A DNA stretch of 64,000 nt, from the NCBI GenBank assembly GCA_963776245.1, contig CAVZLN010000003.1, positions 576,001 to 640,000 on the forward strand, written 5' to 3'. This stretch comes from Candidatus Eiseniibacteriota bacterium (GTDB lineage Bacteria; Eisenbacteria; RBG-16-71-46). The translations under genes and the position numbers were made by a program. Position 1 is the first letter of the stretch. Each line of letters starts with the position of its first letter. Below the pieces are notes generated by a model that did not search any database, was not told the origin of the DNA, and saw nothing but the letters and a program-made list of their open reading frames with translations. Below are positions 1-8,736 of this stretch, in pieces.

Positions 1-895
1 GGATGAGCGCGATCGGCGTCTTGAGCTCGTGCGTCACGTTGGCGAGGAACGACGACTTGAGCTGCGCCAGCTCGAGCTGGCGGATGGTGTAGCGCAGCCC
101 GAACACCGTCGCCACCACGATCAGCCCCGCGAGCAGCAGCACGAAGAACATCTCGATCGCGACGAAGCGGCCGGCCCACACCACGGGGGTGTCCGCGGTC
201 GCCGACACGCGCACCGTATAGCCCTCGAACGGCCCGGTGAGCGTCACCGGCCGCGCCGTGTCGGTGTGGCCGGGCGAGCGCACGCGCGCCACCTCGCCGC
301 CCGCGCCGTCGAACAGCTGCACGCTCACGCCGCGCGTGGACTCGATGCCGCCGTACATGCGCGGGTCCTGGTTGACGCGCTCCTCGACCACCGCCTGCAG
401 GTGTTCGCGCAGGAAGTGATCGGGCGCGATCCACCAGCCGCCCGCGCCGATGAACTCCCCGTCCGCCCCGCGCATGAGCAGGCCGACGAACCAGTGGCGC
501 CCGTGCTCGCCCTTGCCCGCGGAGAACAGCAGCGGCTGCGCCTGGACCAGCAGGAGCGCGTAATCATTGAGCTGGTCGAGCGGGACGAAGTGCGGGCTCG
601 AGAACTCGGGATCGTCGGTGGTGAGCGCCCGCAGCACCCCGGCGAGACCGGCGCCGTTGCGCGCGGCGTTCTCGGCCGGCGCGATGGCGCGCCGCATGTG
701 GGCGAGCAGCTCCTCCTCGAACCCCTGCGCCACCTGCGCCGCCACGTACGTGTTGTAGCGCGCGCTCTGCACGCTCACCGCCGCGGTGATGCGCATGCTG
801 AGGTAGATGGCCAGGCCCGCGAGCACGAGCGCGGGCAGAGCCACGCCCAGTCCGATGATGCGCAGGACGCGCTGGGAGAAGCGGGAGACGGCCAT
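1..895 (-). CDS. Membrane sensor histidine kinase, N-terminal part (runs off window edge)
   Basis: Manual translation from ATG at 895: MAVSRFSQRVLRIIGLGVALPALVLAGLAIYL (TM1), periplasmic region, TM2 (FFVLLLAGLIVVATVFGL), then H-box LKSSFLANVTHELKTPIALI. Absent from the ORF track because no stop lies in the window. Confidence 0.9.
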   Translation of the reverse strand, partial: MAVSRFSQRVLRIIGLGVALPALVLAGLAIYLSMRITAAVSVQSARYNTYVAAQVAQGFEEELLAHMRRAIAPAENAARNGAGLAGVLRALTTDDPEFSSPHFVPLDQLNDYALLLVQAQPLLFSAGKGEHGRHWFVGLLMRGADGEFIGAGGWWIAPDHFLREHLQAVVEERVNQDPRMYGGIESTRGVSVQLFDGAGGEVARVRSPGHTDTARPVTLTGPFEGYTVRVSATADTPVVWAGRFVAIEMFFVLLLAGLIVVATVFGLRYTIRQLELAQLKSSFLANVTHELKTPIALI

Positions 896-932
896 GCGGG
901 GCGAGCCTAACAGGGTGGGAAGGGTATGAGTA

Positions 933-960
933 GGGGCCGGTCCCCGGGAGGGCCGGCCCC
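933..960. terminator. GC hairpin, likely terminator of the 979-1779 gene
   Basis: GGGGCCGGTCC...GGGCCGGCCCC near-perfect inverted repeat just downstream of the stop; no U-tract. Confidence 0.5.
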
Positions 961-978
961 GTTCCGCGGAGGCCGCGA

Positions 979-1779
979 TCAGCTCTTGGTGTTCGCGCGG
1001 GCCACGCCGCTCTGCACGCCGGCCATCGCGTAGAGCCGGGCGACGACGCGCGAATCATTCGAGGTCACGAGCGTCAGGCAGCCGCTCTCGATGTTCACGA
1101 CCTCGCGGGTGAGCTTCCCGCTCGCCACCGCGCCGCGCATCTCACGGCAGTCGGTGCACAGCCGGGACTTGTCGCCCGCGGTGCCCATCGCCGCGACGCG
1201 CTCGGTGTGACGCGCGACCGCCGCCTGCACCGCGCGCACCTTCGCCGACGACTCGGCCGAGTAGACGTACATCAGCCCGTTCTTGAGCGGCACGATCTGC
1301 ACCTTGCCGCCGGCCTCCGCGATGTCGGCCGCGCACGACATCATGTCGGTGCAGGCGTCGCAGTCCATCGCCGCCGCGCTCGCGCCCCCGTGGGCGCCGC
1401 ACGCCGGGCCGCCCGTGGGCGCCGCGCTCATGGCCCCCGACGCCTTGGCGCCCTTGGCGCCCTTCGAGCAGCATCCGGCCGCCGCCGCGCTCGCCTTGGC
1501 CCCGTGCATCCCGCAGTCGGTGGAGGCGGTGGTGGCAGCCGTGCCGTGCATGGGGCATCCCGCCGCGCCCGTCGCGGCCGTACCGGACCCCTTCGCGCCG
1601 CACGCGGCAGCCATCTCGGGAGTGCACCGGGCGGCCATCTCGGCCGAGCACGTCGCGGGCGTCGCGGCGAGGGAGGCGGCCGCACTCTTGCTCGCCTTGT
1701 TGCCCGCGAGCGCCAGCGCCGCCGTACCCACCACGACGATCACGGTGAGCCCGGTCCAGATGAGTCGAGCATGCTTCAT
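979..1779 (-). CDS. Exported Cys/Met/His-rich hypothetical protein, putative metal-binding
   Basis: GGAGGT RBS; signal-peptide-like N-terminus; 14 Cys including CxxEMAAxC, CxMHG and two CxxC motifs. Confidence 0.8.
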   Translation of the reverse strand: MKHARLIWTGLTVIVVVGTAALALAGNKASKSAAASLAATPATCSAEMAARCTPEMAAACGAKGSGTAATGAAGCPMHGTAATTASTDCGMHGAKASAAAAGCCSKGAKGAKASGAMSAAPTGGPACGAHGGASAAAMDCDACTDMMSCAADIAEAGGKVQIVPLKNGLMYVYSAESSAKVRAVQAAVARHTERVAAMGTAGDKSRLCTDCREMRGAVASGKLTREVVNIESGCLTLVTSNDSRVVARLYAMAGVQSGVARANTKS

Positions 1780-2115
1780 GTCGCACCTCCAGGGGCGTGG
1801 TGTCCGGCGCCCGGGGTGGACGCCGCGGCTAGGAAGAGTATCGGTGCAGCGGGAAAGAGCCTGTCATCCGCCCGTGTCCTGAGTGTCACGGATGGGCAAA
1901 AAGGGCCGGTGGAGCGGGGTTCCCACACCCCGATCGGGCCGTCCGCCGGCGGCCGCCGGGGTCGATCGGCCGGGGCCGGCGCCGGTCCTCGCATCCGCCG
2001 GGCGAGCGATCCGCACGTCATGCTGGACGCCCGGGTGCCCGAGGGGACATCCCGCCTCCATCCGTTGACGAATGCCGCCCTCGCACCTAACGTGCGGCGC
2101 GCTCCCACGCCCATC

Positions 2116-3309
2116 ATGCCCCGACGCCGATCCCAGAAGCCCATCGCCCTCGTGCGCGTCCTGCCCATTCTGGCAGGGCTCGCCGCGCTGTCGTTCCTGG
2201 GCGGTGAGGCGTGGCGTCTCGCCCGTGCCGACACCGGACGACTGTGGTGCGCGAGGTACCTCGGCTGGGGCGAGCCCGCCCGCATCACCCAGCTGATCGG
2301 CCGCCGGGTGCGCGAGGGCCTCGAGTCGGCCGGGGTGCCGCGGGACAGCGTGCACGAGAGCATCGTGGCCGCGGGGCGCGCCGGCGTGCGGTGGCGCGTC
2401 GGTATGCCTCCGGCGGAATCCGCGACGCAGGCCAACTACGCCATCACCCGCGCGGTGCAGCAGGGCGGCGGCGAGGTGCTGACGGGGCGCGAGAGCGTGG
2501 GCCCGGACGGCGAGTCCCTGGTCACGCTGCTGGTCGGACTTCCGCGGCGCGCGACGCACGAGGTGGTGCTGGTGCGCGCCGCGCTCCCGCGGTCGGACGC
2601 GGACACGCCGGTCCCGCGCGGGCCCGCCCGGATGGCGCTCGTGCTGTTCGGGTTCGGCGACGACCCCGAGCACGCCGCGGAGTGCTTCCGGCTCCCGCAG
2701 CCGTTCGCCGTGGCGCTGGTGCCGGGCGCCCCCTCGAGCAACGGGCTGTTCCGCGCCGCGCGCGACGCGCAGCGCGAGGTGGTGCTCCACCTGCCCCTCG
2801 AACCCGTGAACTACCCGCAGGTGAACCCGGGTCCGGGCGCCATCCTGGTCACCATGGAGCCCGCGAGGATCACCGGCATGGTGCGCCGCTACCTCGACAC
2901 CGCGGGGCCGGTGAGCGCGGTCGCCAACCACATGGGCTCGCTCGCCACCCAGGACATGCAGGTGATGACCGCGGTCTACCGCGAGCTGCGCCGGCGCGGC
3001 GTGCCGTTCCTGCACGTCCAGCCCGCCGCGGGCGCGGTGTGCCGCACACTCGCCTCCGGGCAGGGCGTGGTGTACGGGGAGCCGGACGCCGTCATCGACC
3101 GCGAGACGCGCGCGCCGGACCTCCGGGACCTCGACGGGCGATGGAAGGCCACGCTCGCGCACGCGCGCGAGCGCGGCCGCATGATCGTGTTCGTGCGCGC
3201 CACGCCCACGACGCGTCGCTGGCTCGCCGGGGCGCTCTCGCCCAAACGGCTCGACGGCGTGAGCGTGGTGCCGCTCGCGTCGCTGCTCAAGAAGGGCGCG
3301 GTGCAGTAG
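2116..3309 (+). CDS. Divergent polysaccharide deacetylase family protein (YibQ-like), membrane-anchored
   Basis: N-terminal TM; LHLPLEP and NHMGS family motifs; start placed at ATG 2116 inside ORF 1207..3309. Confidence 0.8.
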   Translation: MPRRRSQKPIALVRVLPILAGLAALSFLGGEAWRLARADTGRLWCARYLGWGEPARITQLIGRRVREGLESAGVPRDSVHESIVAAGRAGVRWRVGMPPAESATQANYAITRAVQQGGGEVLTGRESVGPDGESLVTLLVGLPRRATHEVVLVRAALPRSDADTPVPRGPARMALVLFGFGDDPEHAAECFRLPQPFAVALVPGAPSSNGLFRAARDAQREVVLHLPLEPVNYPQVNPGPGAILVTMEPARITGMVRRYLDTAGPVSAVANHMGSLATQDMQVMTAVYRELRRRGVPFLHVQPAAGAVCRTLASGQGVVYGEPDAVIDRETRAPDLRDLDGRWKATLAHARERGRMIVFVRATPTTRRWLAGALSPKRLDGVSVVPLASLLKKGAVQ

Positions 3310-3336
3310 CGCGCGGCCGTGCTATCTTGCTCGCGC

Positions 3337-5355
3337 ATGCGCCTTGAACAGGATGTTCTCCGCGACCCGCGCGCCGCGCTCGCGCACCGCTGGGTGCTCG
3401 GCAACGGCGTCGGGGGCTCGGCATCGGGCACCGCGCCGGGAGCGAACGCCCAGCGCTCCCACGCGTGGCTGATCGCCGCCGAGCCCCATGGCCGGCCCAC
3501 GGCGCTGCTGCTGCGCGCCGACGAGCGCGTGCTCACGCTCGAGGGCGCCTTCGATCTCGCCTGCACGCTCGACGCCGCGGGGCGGCCGTGCGGCGATGGC
3601 TGGCGCAGTCTCGAGTCGTTCCGGCTCGACCCGTGGCCGGTGTGGCGCTTCCGGTGCGGCGCGCTGGTGTTCGAGCGCGCGCTCAGCCTGATCGCCGGGC
3701 ACCACGCGGCGTCGGTGACGTGGCGCCATCTCGAGGGGCCGGAGGCCCGGCTGACGGTCACCCCGCTGATCGCCGCGCGCGATCCTGAAGGTCTGCAGCG
3801 CGTCGATGCCGGGCTGCGCGGCGCCGCGCAGGGCGTGCCCGGGCGCGTGCGCATCGAGACCGTGCCGGGGCGTCCGGTGCTCACGCTGTGGCACAACGGA
3901 GCGTTCATCCCGGCGCGGGTGTGGCGCCGCGGGCGCTGGCTCGCCGGCGACGCGTTCGCGCCGCGCGCCGCCGAGGACGCGTTCGTGGCCGGGTACATCG
4001 AGGGCCCGCTCGCGCCCGCCCAGCCGCTCCACCTGGTGGCGTCGAGCGAGGACGATCTGTTCCGCGCGCTGGCGCGCGAGGACCGGCTGGGCGCGCCCCC
4101 GCCGCGCACCCTCGCCGGTTGCGTCGAACGGATCGAGCGCGCCGAGCGCGCGCGGCTCGACGCGGGGCGCGCCGCGGCGCTGGAGGGCGCGGACTTCACC
4201 GCGCGACAGGCCGCGGCCGCGCATGGCGACGAGGGTCTGGCGCGGGCGCGACAGCCGGGGCCCCTGGTGGAAGCCTCCGACCCCTGGGTCGAGCCCCTCA
4301 CGTTCTCGCTGCTCGCCGGGCTGGTGCGGCGCGGGCACCGGCTGACGGTGCTCCGTTCGCTGCCGGGAGCGGTGGAGCACGGCGGCGACGCGATGCGCGC
4401 GATCGCGGCGCTGGTGGCGCTGCGCGCGTTCGAGCCGGCGCGCGAGGCGCTGGCATGCGCCATCGAGTACCTCGGCGAGGGACTGGCGCCGGAGTCGTTC
4501 GACCCGCGCGACGGCACCCCGCGCTACGGCGACCCCGCGGCGGCGCTGTGGCTGGTGCGTGCGGCCGAGCTCTACGTGCGCCGCAGCGGCGACCTCTCCT
4601 TCCTGCGCGAGACCCTCTACCCCGGGCTCGAGAGCGTGATGCAGTTCTACCGCGCGGGCACGCGTCACGGCGTCCGCGTGGACGCCGACGGCCTGCTCTC
4701 CGCGGGCGAGGGCGCGGCGGCCACCAAGCGCGCCGACGTCAACGCGCTGTGGTCCCACGCGCTGATCGCGATGGCGCAGCTGGCGCGCGAGACGGGGCGG
4801 CGCGAGAACGGCGCCTTCTACCTCGCGTGGGCGCGCGAGCATCAACGCGCGTTCGCCGAGGCCTTCTGGGACGACGGGGCGGGCTGCCTGTTCGAGGCGA
4901 TCGGTCCGCGCGGCCGGGAGACCGGGCTGTCACCGTCGCAGTTGCTCGCGGCGGCGCTCGCGCCGCCGTTGCTCACCGCCGGGCGCGCGGTGCGGCTGGT
5001 GACCACCATCGAGCGCGAACTGTTCACCCCGCTCGGGCTGCGCGACGCCCCCGGCGCCCGCACGGTGCACACCGAGTGGCTCGGCGCGTTCCTCACCGCT
5101 TGGCTGCGGGCCCATGGCCGCGACGCGGCCTCCCAGGCGCGCGCGCGCGGCTGGCTCGACACGCTGCACCGCGCGATGCAGACCTGCGGCGGGCACCTGC
5201 CGGTGCGCTTCGACCTCGAACCGCGCGATGCGGACGAGGTCGTGCCGCGCGCGGCGGGCGATGGCGCGAGCATGCTCGCGGCCGCGGAACTGCTGCGGGC
5301 GTGGATCGAGGAATTCGATCACGCCGGCGAGGCGCTGGTCGGGGCGGCGCGCTGA
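3337..5355 (+). CDS. Amylo-alpha-1,6-glucosidase / glycogen debranching enzyme-like (GDE_N + GDE_C), degenerate
   Basis: WVLGNGVGGSASGT N-terminal motif, LESFRLDPWPVWRF, VNALW, ELFTPLGLR; several catalytic motifs altered. Confidence 0.8.
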   Translation: MRLEQDVLRDPRAALAHRWVLGNGVGGSASGTAPGANAQRSHAWLIAAEPHGRPTALLLRADERVLTLEGAFDLACTLDAAGRPCGDGWRSLESFRLDPWPVWRFRCGALVFERALSLIAGHHAASVTWRHLEGPEARLTVTPLIAARDPEGLQRVDAGLRGAAQGVPGRVRIETVPGRPVLTLWHNGAFIPARVWRRGRWLAGDAFAPRAAEDAFVAGYIEGPLAPAQPLHLVASSEDDLFRALAREDRLGAPPPRTLAGCVERIERAERARLDAGRAAALEGADFTARQAAAAHGDEGLARARQPGPLVEASDPWVEPLTFSLLAGLVRRGHRLTVLRSLPGAVEHGGDAMRAIAALVALRAFEPAREALACAIEYLGEGLAPESFDPRDGTPRYGDPAAALWLVRAAELYVRRSGDLSFLRETLYPGLESVMQFYRAGTRHGVRVDADGLLSAGEGAAATKRADVNALWSHALIAMAQLARETGRRENGAFYLAWAREHQRAFAEAFWDDGAGCLFEAIGPRGRETGLSPSQLLAAALAPPLLTAGRAVRLVTTIERELFTPLGLRDAPGARTVHTEWLGAFLTAWLRAHGRDAASQARARGWLDTLHRAMQTCGGHLPVRFDLEPRDADEVVPRAAGDGASMLAAAELLRAWIEEFDHAGEALVGAAR

Positions 5356-5364
5356 CGCGAGCAG

Positions 5365-7974
5365 CTACCGCGCCGTGGTGTCCGCGGGCGGCGCCGACGG
5401 CGCCGCAGGTACGGCGGGTGGCGGTGGCGGCGGGGACCCGGACCGGGCGCCACCGAAGAACCCTCTCAGGAGGTCCTTGCCGCGGGTGCGCAGGCTGTCG
5501 AGGCTGATCGCGCCCGCCCCGCCGACCGCCTGCTTCACCGAGTCCCGGGCCGCCTCCTGGAGGCGCTGGCGCACCGCGGCGCGCAGATCGGCCTCGAGCT
5601 TCGTGCGCTGCTCGGCGATCGCCTCCGACGCCCGGCCCGCGACGCGGGCGCGCATCGCGCCGGCGTCCCACGTCACACGCGGCGACTGCGCGGTGCCGCC
5701 GATCCGCAGGTCGATGAGGAGACGGCCCTGCGCGTCACTCAGGGCGCCGGCCGCGAGCGCGGCGCGGGCCCCGACGCGCGCCACCTGCTCGGGCGGGAGC
5801 GTGATGCTCACCGCGTAGTCGAGCGCGCCATCGAAGCCCGCCGCGCCCGCGATCCGCCAGTCGCCGACGGCCGATTTCAGCTCCACCTCGCGGGTGGTGA
5901 CGCGGCCGCGTTCCACCTGGAACGGGAGCGCGAGGTTCTTGAAGCGCGCCTCCTTCAGCGCCGCCACCCCGGTCGCGGCGGCGATCGCCTCGAGCACCGG
6001 GCCGGGGCCGATCTGGCCGTCGAACAGCGAAGCGAGTCCGTTGGCGGTGAGTGAGCGCCGCAGTTGTTCGGGCCGCGTGCCATCGCCGGCGAGGTCGAGG
6101 TCGGCGCTCATCACCCCGCGCACCAGCCCCTTCACGGGCGTCCACGCCGCCAGCATGCCATCGGCCGACACGCTGTCCGCGGTCGCCTTCACCTGGAACC
6201 CCGGGCTCGCCGGGTCGCGCAGGTCGAACGCCGCGCGGCCGCTCACCCGGCCCTGGTAGCCGCGCAGCGCGAACGATGGCACCGTCACGCGGGTGGGTGT
6301 CATCGTCACCTCGGCGCTCACGTCGGTGACATCCAGCCGCTGGCTCTTGAGCCGCCCGATGCGCACCCGCCCGCCCCCCTCGGCGTTGGGGAGCAGCGTG
6401 GGACCGGGGGTGGGCGGCAGCAGCTCGCCGAGATCGAGGTAGGGCGAATCGAGCGTGAATCGCACCCCGGCGGGCGCCCCCTTGCCCGGCGGCGAGAGCA
6501 GCGCGAGCGGACGCGTCACCGTGGCATCGAGCGTGAACGACGAGCGCCCCGCCCGGGCCGTGAGCGCCCGCACCGTGGCGCTCGCGGGCGAGAAGGTCAG
6601 CTCGCCATTCACCTCTTCGACCGGCTTCGGCAGGTCGGGCGAGGTCACGCTCACCTTCGACAGCCGGGCACCGCCCTCGAGCGACAGGCTGCCGGGGTCC
6701 CTCGCGCGCCCGCGCCCGCGCACGTCCACGTTCGCGCGCCCGCCGAGGCGCACGCCCGGCGGCGCCACCAGCGGCGCCACCGCCGCCAGGTCGAGGTCCC
6801 CGCGGAGCGAGAACGTCAAGTTCGGGTCGGCGAAGCGCGTCACCGCGAGGGTGGCGCGCACCGGCTGGGACGCGACCGTGGCGCGCAGGTCCCCGATCTC
6901 CATCCGGTCGGGCGTGAAGCGGGCGGTGAACGCGAGATCCTTCACCGGCAGCGGGGCCTCCGGGTACCGGAACCACGCCCCCCCGAGCGCGAGCGTCCCG
7001 GTGATCGCCGGCGCGCTGCCGGCGGCGAGCGAGCCCGTGATCCCGAGGTCGAAGCCGAGCCGGCCGGCGCCGGAGAGGCCGTGGAGCGCCCGCGCGTCGG
7101 CCACCGCGAGCATGGCGAGCAGCTCGCGCAGCTCGAGCCCCGCGCCGCGGGCCCTGAAGTCCACGCGCGCGCGCGGCCCCGGATCGTCCACCACCCCGCT
7201 CAGCGCCAGCTCGCTGCGCCCGAACGCGAGCGCGAGCCGGCCGAGCGCGAGCCGTCGGCGCGCGCCGTCGTACTTGCCCTGGTGCGCCACTCTCCAGCGC
7301 ACCTTCGCGAGCGAGCGGTCGAGGTCGCTCAGGCGGGCCGCGGTGAGCGGGCCCAGCGCCAGCCCGCTCACCACCGTGGTGCCCGCCGTCGCCAGCCGCT
7401 GGCCGCCCTCGACGGCGAGCGAGGTCCGGGTGTCCAGCCCGAACGCCACGCGGCGCCGCGCGCGCAGGTCGTCCAGCAGCACCTGCCCGCCCACGACCTC
7501 GAACGCGCGCACCGAGAGCTCCGGGGCGGCGCCGCGCGGCGCTCCGGCACCCGGCGCCCGGGTCAGGCCGTCGAGGTTGGTCGTGCCGTCGGCGCGCAGC
7601 ACGAGATGGAGCGCGGGATGGTCGAACGTCAGGCGGCGCACCACCACCCGGCCGGCGAACAGCGCGAACAGGTCGAGGTCGAGATGGATGGCGTGCGCCT
7701 GGAGCGCCACGCCTTCGGCGAGACCGCCGGGCTCGGCGAGCGCCACGCCCTTCACCGTCAGCCGCACCGGCGGGAACAGCCCGACCGACGCGTCGTCGAA
7801 ACGCACCTCGCGGTTCAGCGCGCGGGCGGCCTGCGCCTGCATCAGCAGGCGCGCCTTCGCGGGCGGCAGCCACAGCGCCAGCGCGACCCAGGCGATCGCC
7901 ACCAGCGCGAGCGGCACCCCGAGGACGAGGAACGCGATCCGGGTGCGGCGCGGATCCCGCGGGCGGGCGTGCAT
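5365..7974 (-). CDS. AsmA family protein (AsmA N-terminal and AsmA-like C-terminal regions)
   Basis: N-terminal TM anchor, LVLRADGTTNL motif, beta-strand-rich body, C-terminal AGFDGALDY...LRIGGTAQSPRV. Confidence 0.85.
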   Translation of the reverse strand: MHARPRDPRRTRIAFLVLGVPLALVAIAWVALALWLPPAKARLLMQAQAARALNREVRFDDASVGLFPPVRLTVKGVALAEPGGLAEGVALQAHAIHLDLDLFALFAGRVVVRRLTFDHPALHLVLRADGTTNLDGLTRAPGAGAPRGAAPELSVRAFEVVGGQVLLDDLRARRRVAFGLDTRTSLAVEGGQRLATAGTTVVSGLALGPLTAARLSDLDRSLAKVRWRVAHQGKYDGARRRLALGRLALAFGRSELALSGVVDDPGPRARVDFRARGAGLELRELLAMLAVADARALHGLSGAGRLGFDLGITGSLAAGSAPAITGTLALGGAWFRYPEAPLPVKDLAFTARFTPDRMEIGDLRATVASQPVRATLAVTRFADPNLTFSLRGDLDLAAVAPLVAPPGVRLGGRANVDVRGRGRARDPGSLSLEGGARLSKVSVTSPDLPKPVEEVNGELTFSPASATVRALTARAGRSSFTLDATVTRPLALLSPPGKGAPAGVRFTLDSPYLDLGELLPPTPGPTLLPNAEGGGRVRIGRLKSQRLDVTDVSAEVTMTPTRVTVPSFALRGYQGRVSGRAAFDLRDPASPGFQVKATADSVSADGMLAAWTPVKGLVRGVMSADLDLAGDGTRPEQLRRSLTANGLASLFDGQIGPGPVLEAIAAATGVAALKEARFKNLALPFQVERGRVTTREVELKSAVGDWRIAGAAGFDGALDYAVSITLPPEQVARVGARAALAAGALSDAQGRLLIDLRIGGTAQSPRVTWDAGAMRARVAGRASEAIAEQRTKLEADLRAAVRQRLQEAARDSVKQAVGGAGAISLDSLRTRGKDLLRGFFGGARSGSPPPPPPAVPAAPSAPPADTTAR

Positions 7975-8082
7975 GGCGCGGAGTGTGTCGCGCGCGCGGC
8001 GCGCGCGCAAGCCGGCGCGCTCCGGCCTTGTCGCTGCGCGGGGTGGCGGGTAGAGTCCGCGCGCCCGAGGAGCCCGCATCCC

Positions 8083-8736
8083 ATGGAACCGCACGCCCTG
8101 CAGACCCTGCGCGAGCAGAAGCTCATCGCCGTCATCCGCGCCGCCACGCCCGAGGCGGCGCTCGGTGCCGCGCGCGCCGTCGCCGCCGGCGGGCTCGCGC
8201 TGCTCGAGGTCACCTTCACCGTGCCCGAGGCGCCGCGCGTCATGGCGGCGCTGCGCGACCTGCCGGGCGTGGTGGTCGGCGCGGGCACCGTGCTCACCGC
8301 CGCGCAGTGCCGCGCGGCGCTCGACGCCGGGGCGCGCTTCATCGTCGCGCCCAACACCTCGGCCGAGGTGGCCCGGACGGCGCTGGCCGGCGGCGCGATG
8401 TACTGCCCGGGGGCGTACACCACCGGCGAGATCCTCGCCGCGGTGGCGCTCGGCGCGCATGTGGTCAAGGTCTACCCGGTCGGGGTCGCGGGCGGACCGG
8501 CCTACATCCGCGTCATCCGCGACCCGCTGCCCGACGTGCCCATGCTGGCCGCGGGCGGCACCGACCTCGGCAACGTGGTCCCGTTCCTCGAGGCCGGCTG
8601 CGTCGGATGCGGGCTCGGGGCGGCGCTCGCCGACCCGGCGCTGGCGCTCGCCGGGCGTTTCGACGAGATCACCGCGCGCGCCCGCGCCTTCGCGCTCCGG
8701 ATCGCGCAGTGGCGCGCCGCGTCCGCCCGCGCGTGA
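8083..8736 (+). CDS. eda: KDPG/KHG aldolase
   Basis: LIAVIR, LEVTF, VGAGTV, GARFIVAP, VKVYP (Schiff-base Lys), AAGG motifs; GAGGAG RBS. Confidence 0.9.
   Translation: MEPHALQTLREQKLIAVIRAATPEAALGAARAVAAGGLALLEVTFTVPEAPRVMAALRDLPGVVVGAGTVLTAAQCRAALDAGARFIVAPNTSAEVARTALAGGAMYCPGAYTTGEILAAVALGAHVVKVYPVGVAGGPAYIRVIRDPLPDVPMLAAGGTDLGNVVPFLEAGCVGCGLGAALADPALALAGRFDEITARARAFALRIAQWRAASARA

Noticed and set aside
5909..5924. parS-like near-palindrome CGTTCCACCTGGAACG
   Set aside because: It has a central mismatch and is explained by Phe-Gln-Val-Glu codons in the AsmA gene; similar partial matches occur at other FQV codons. Not fully excluded.
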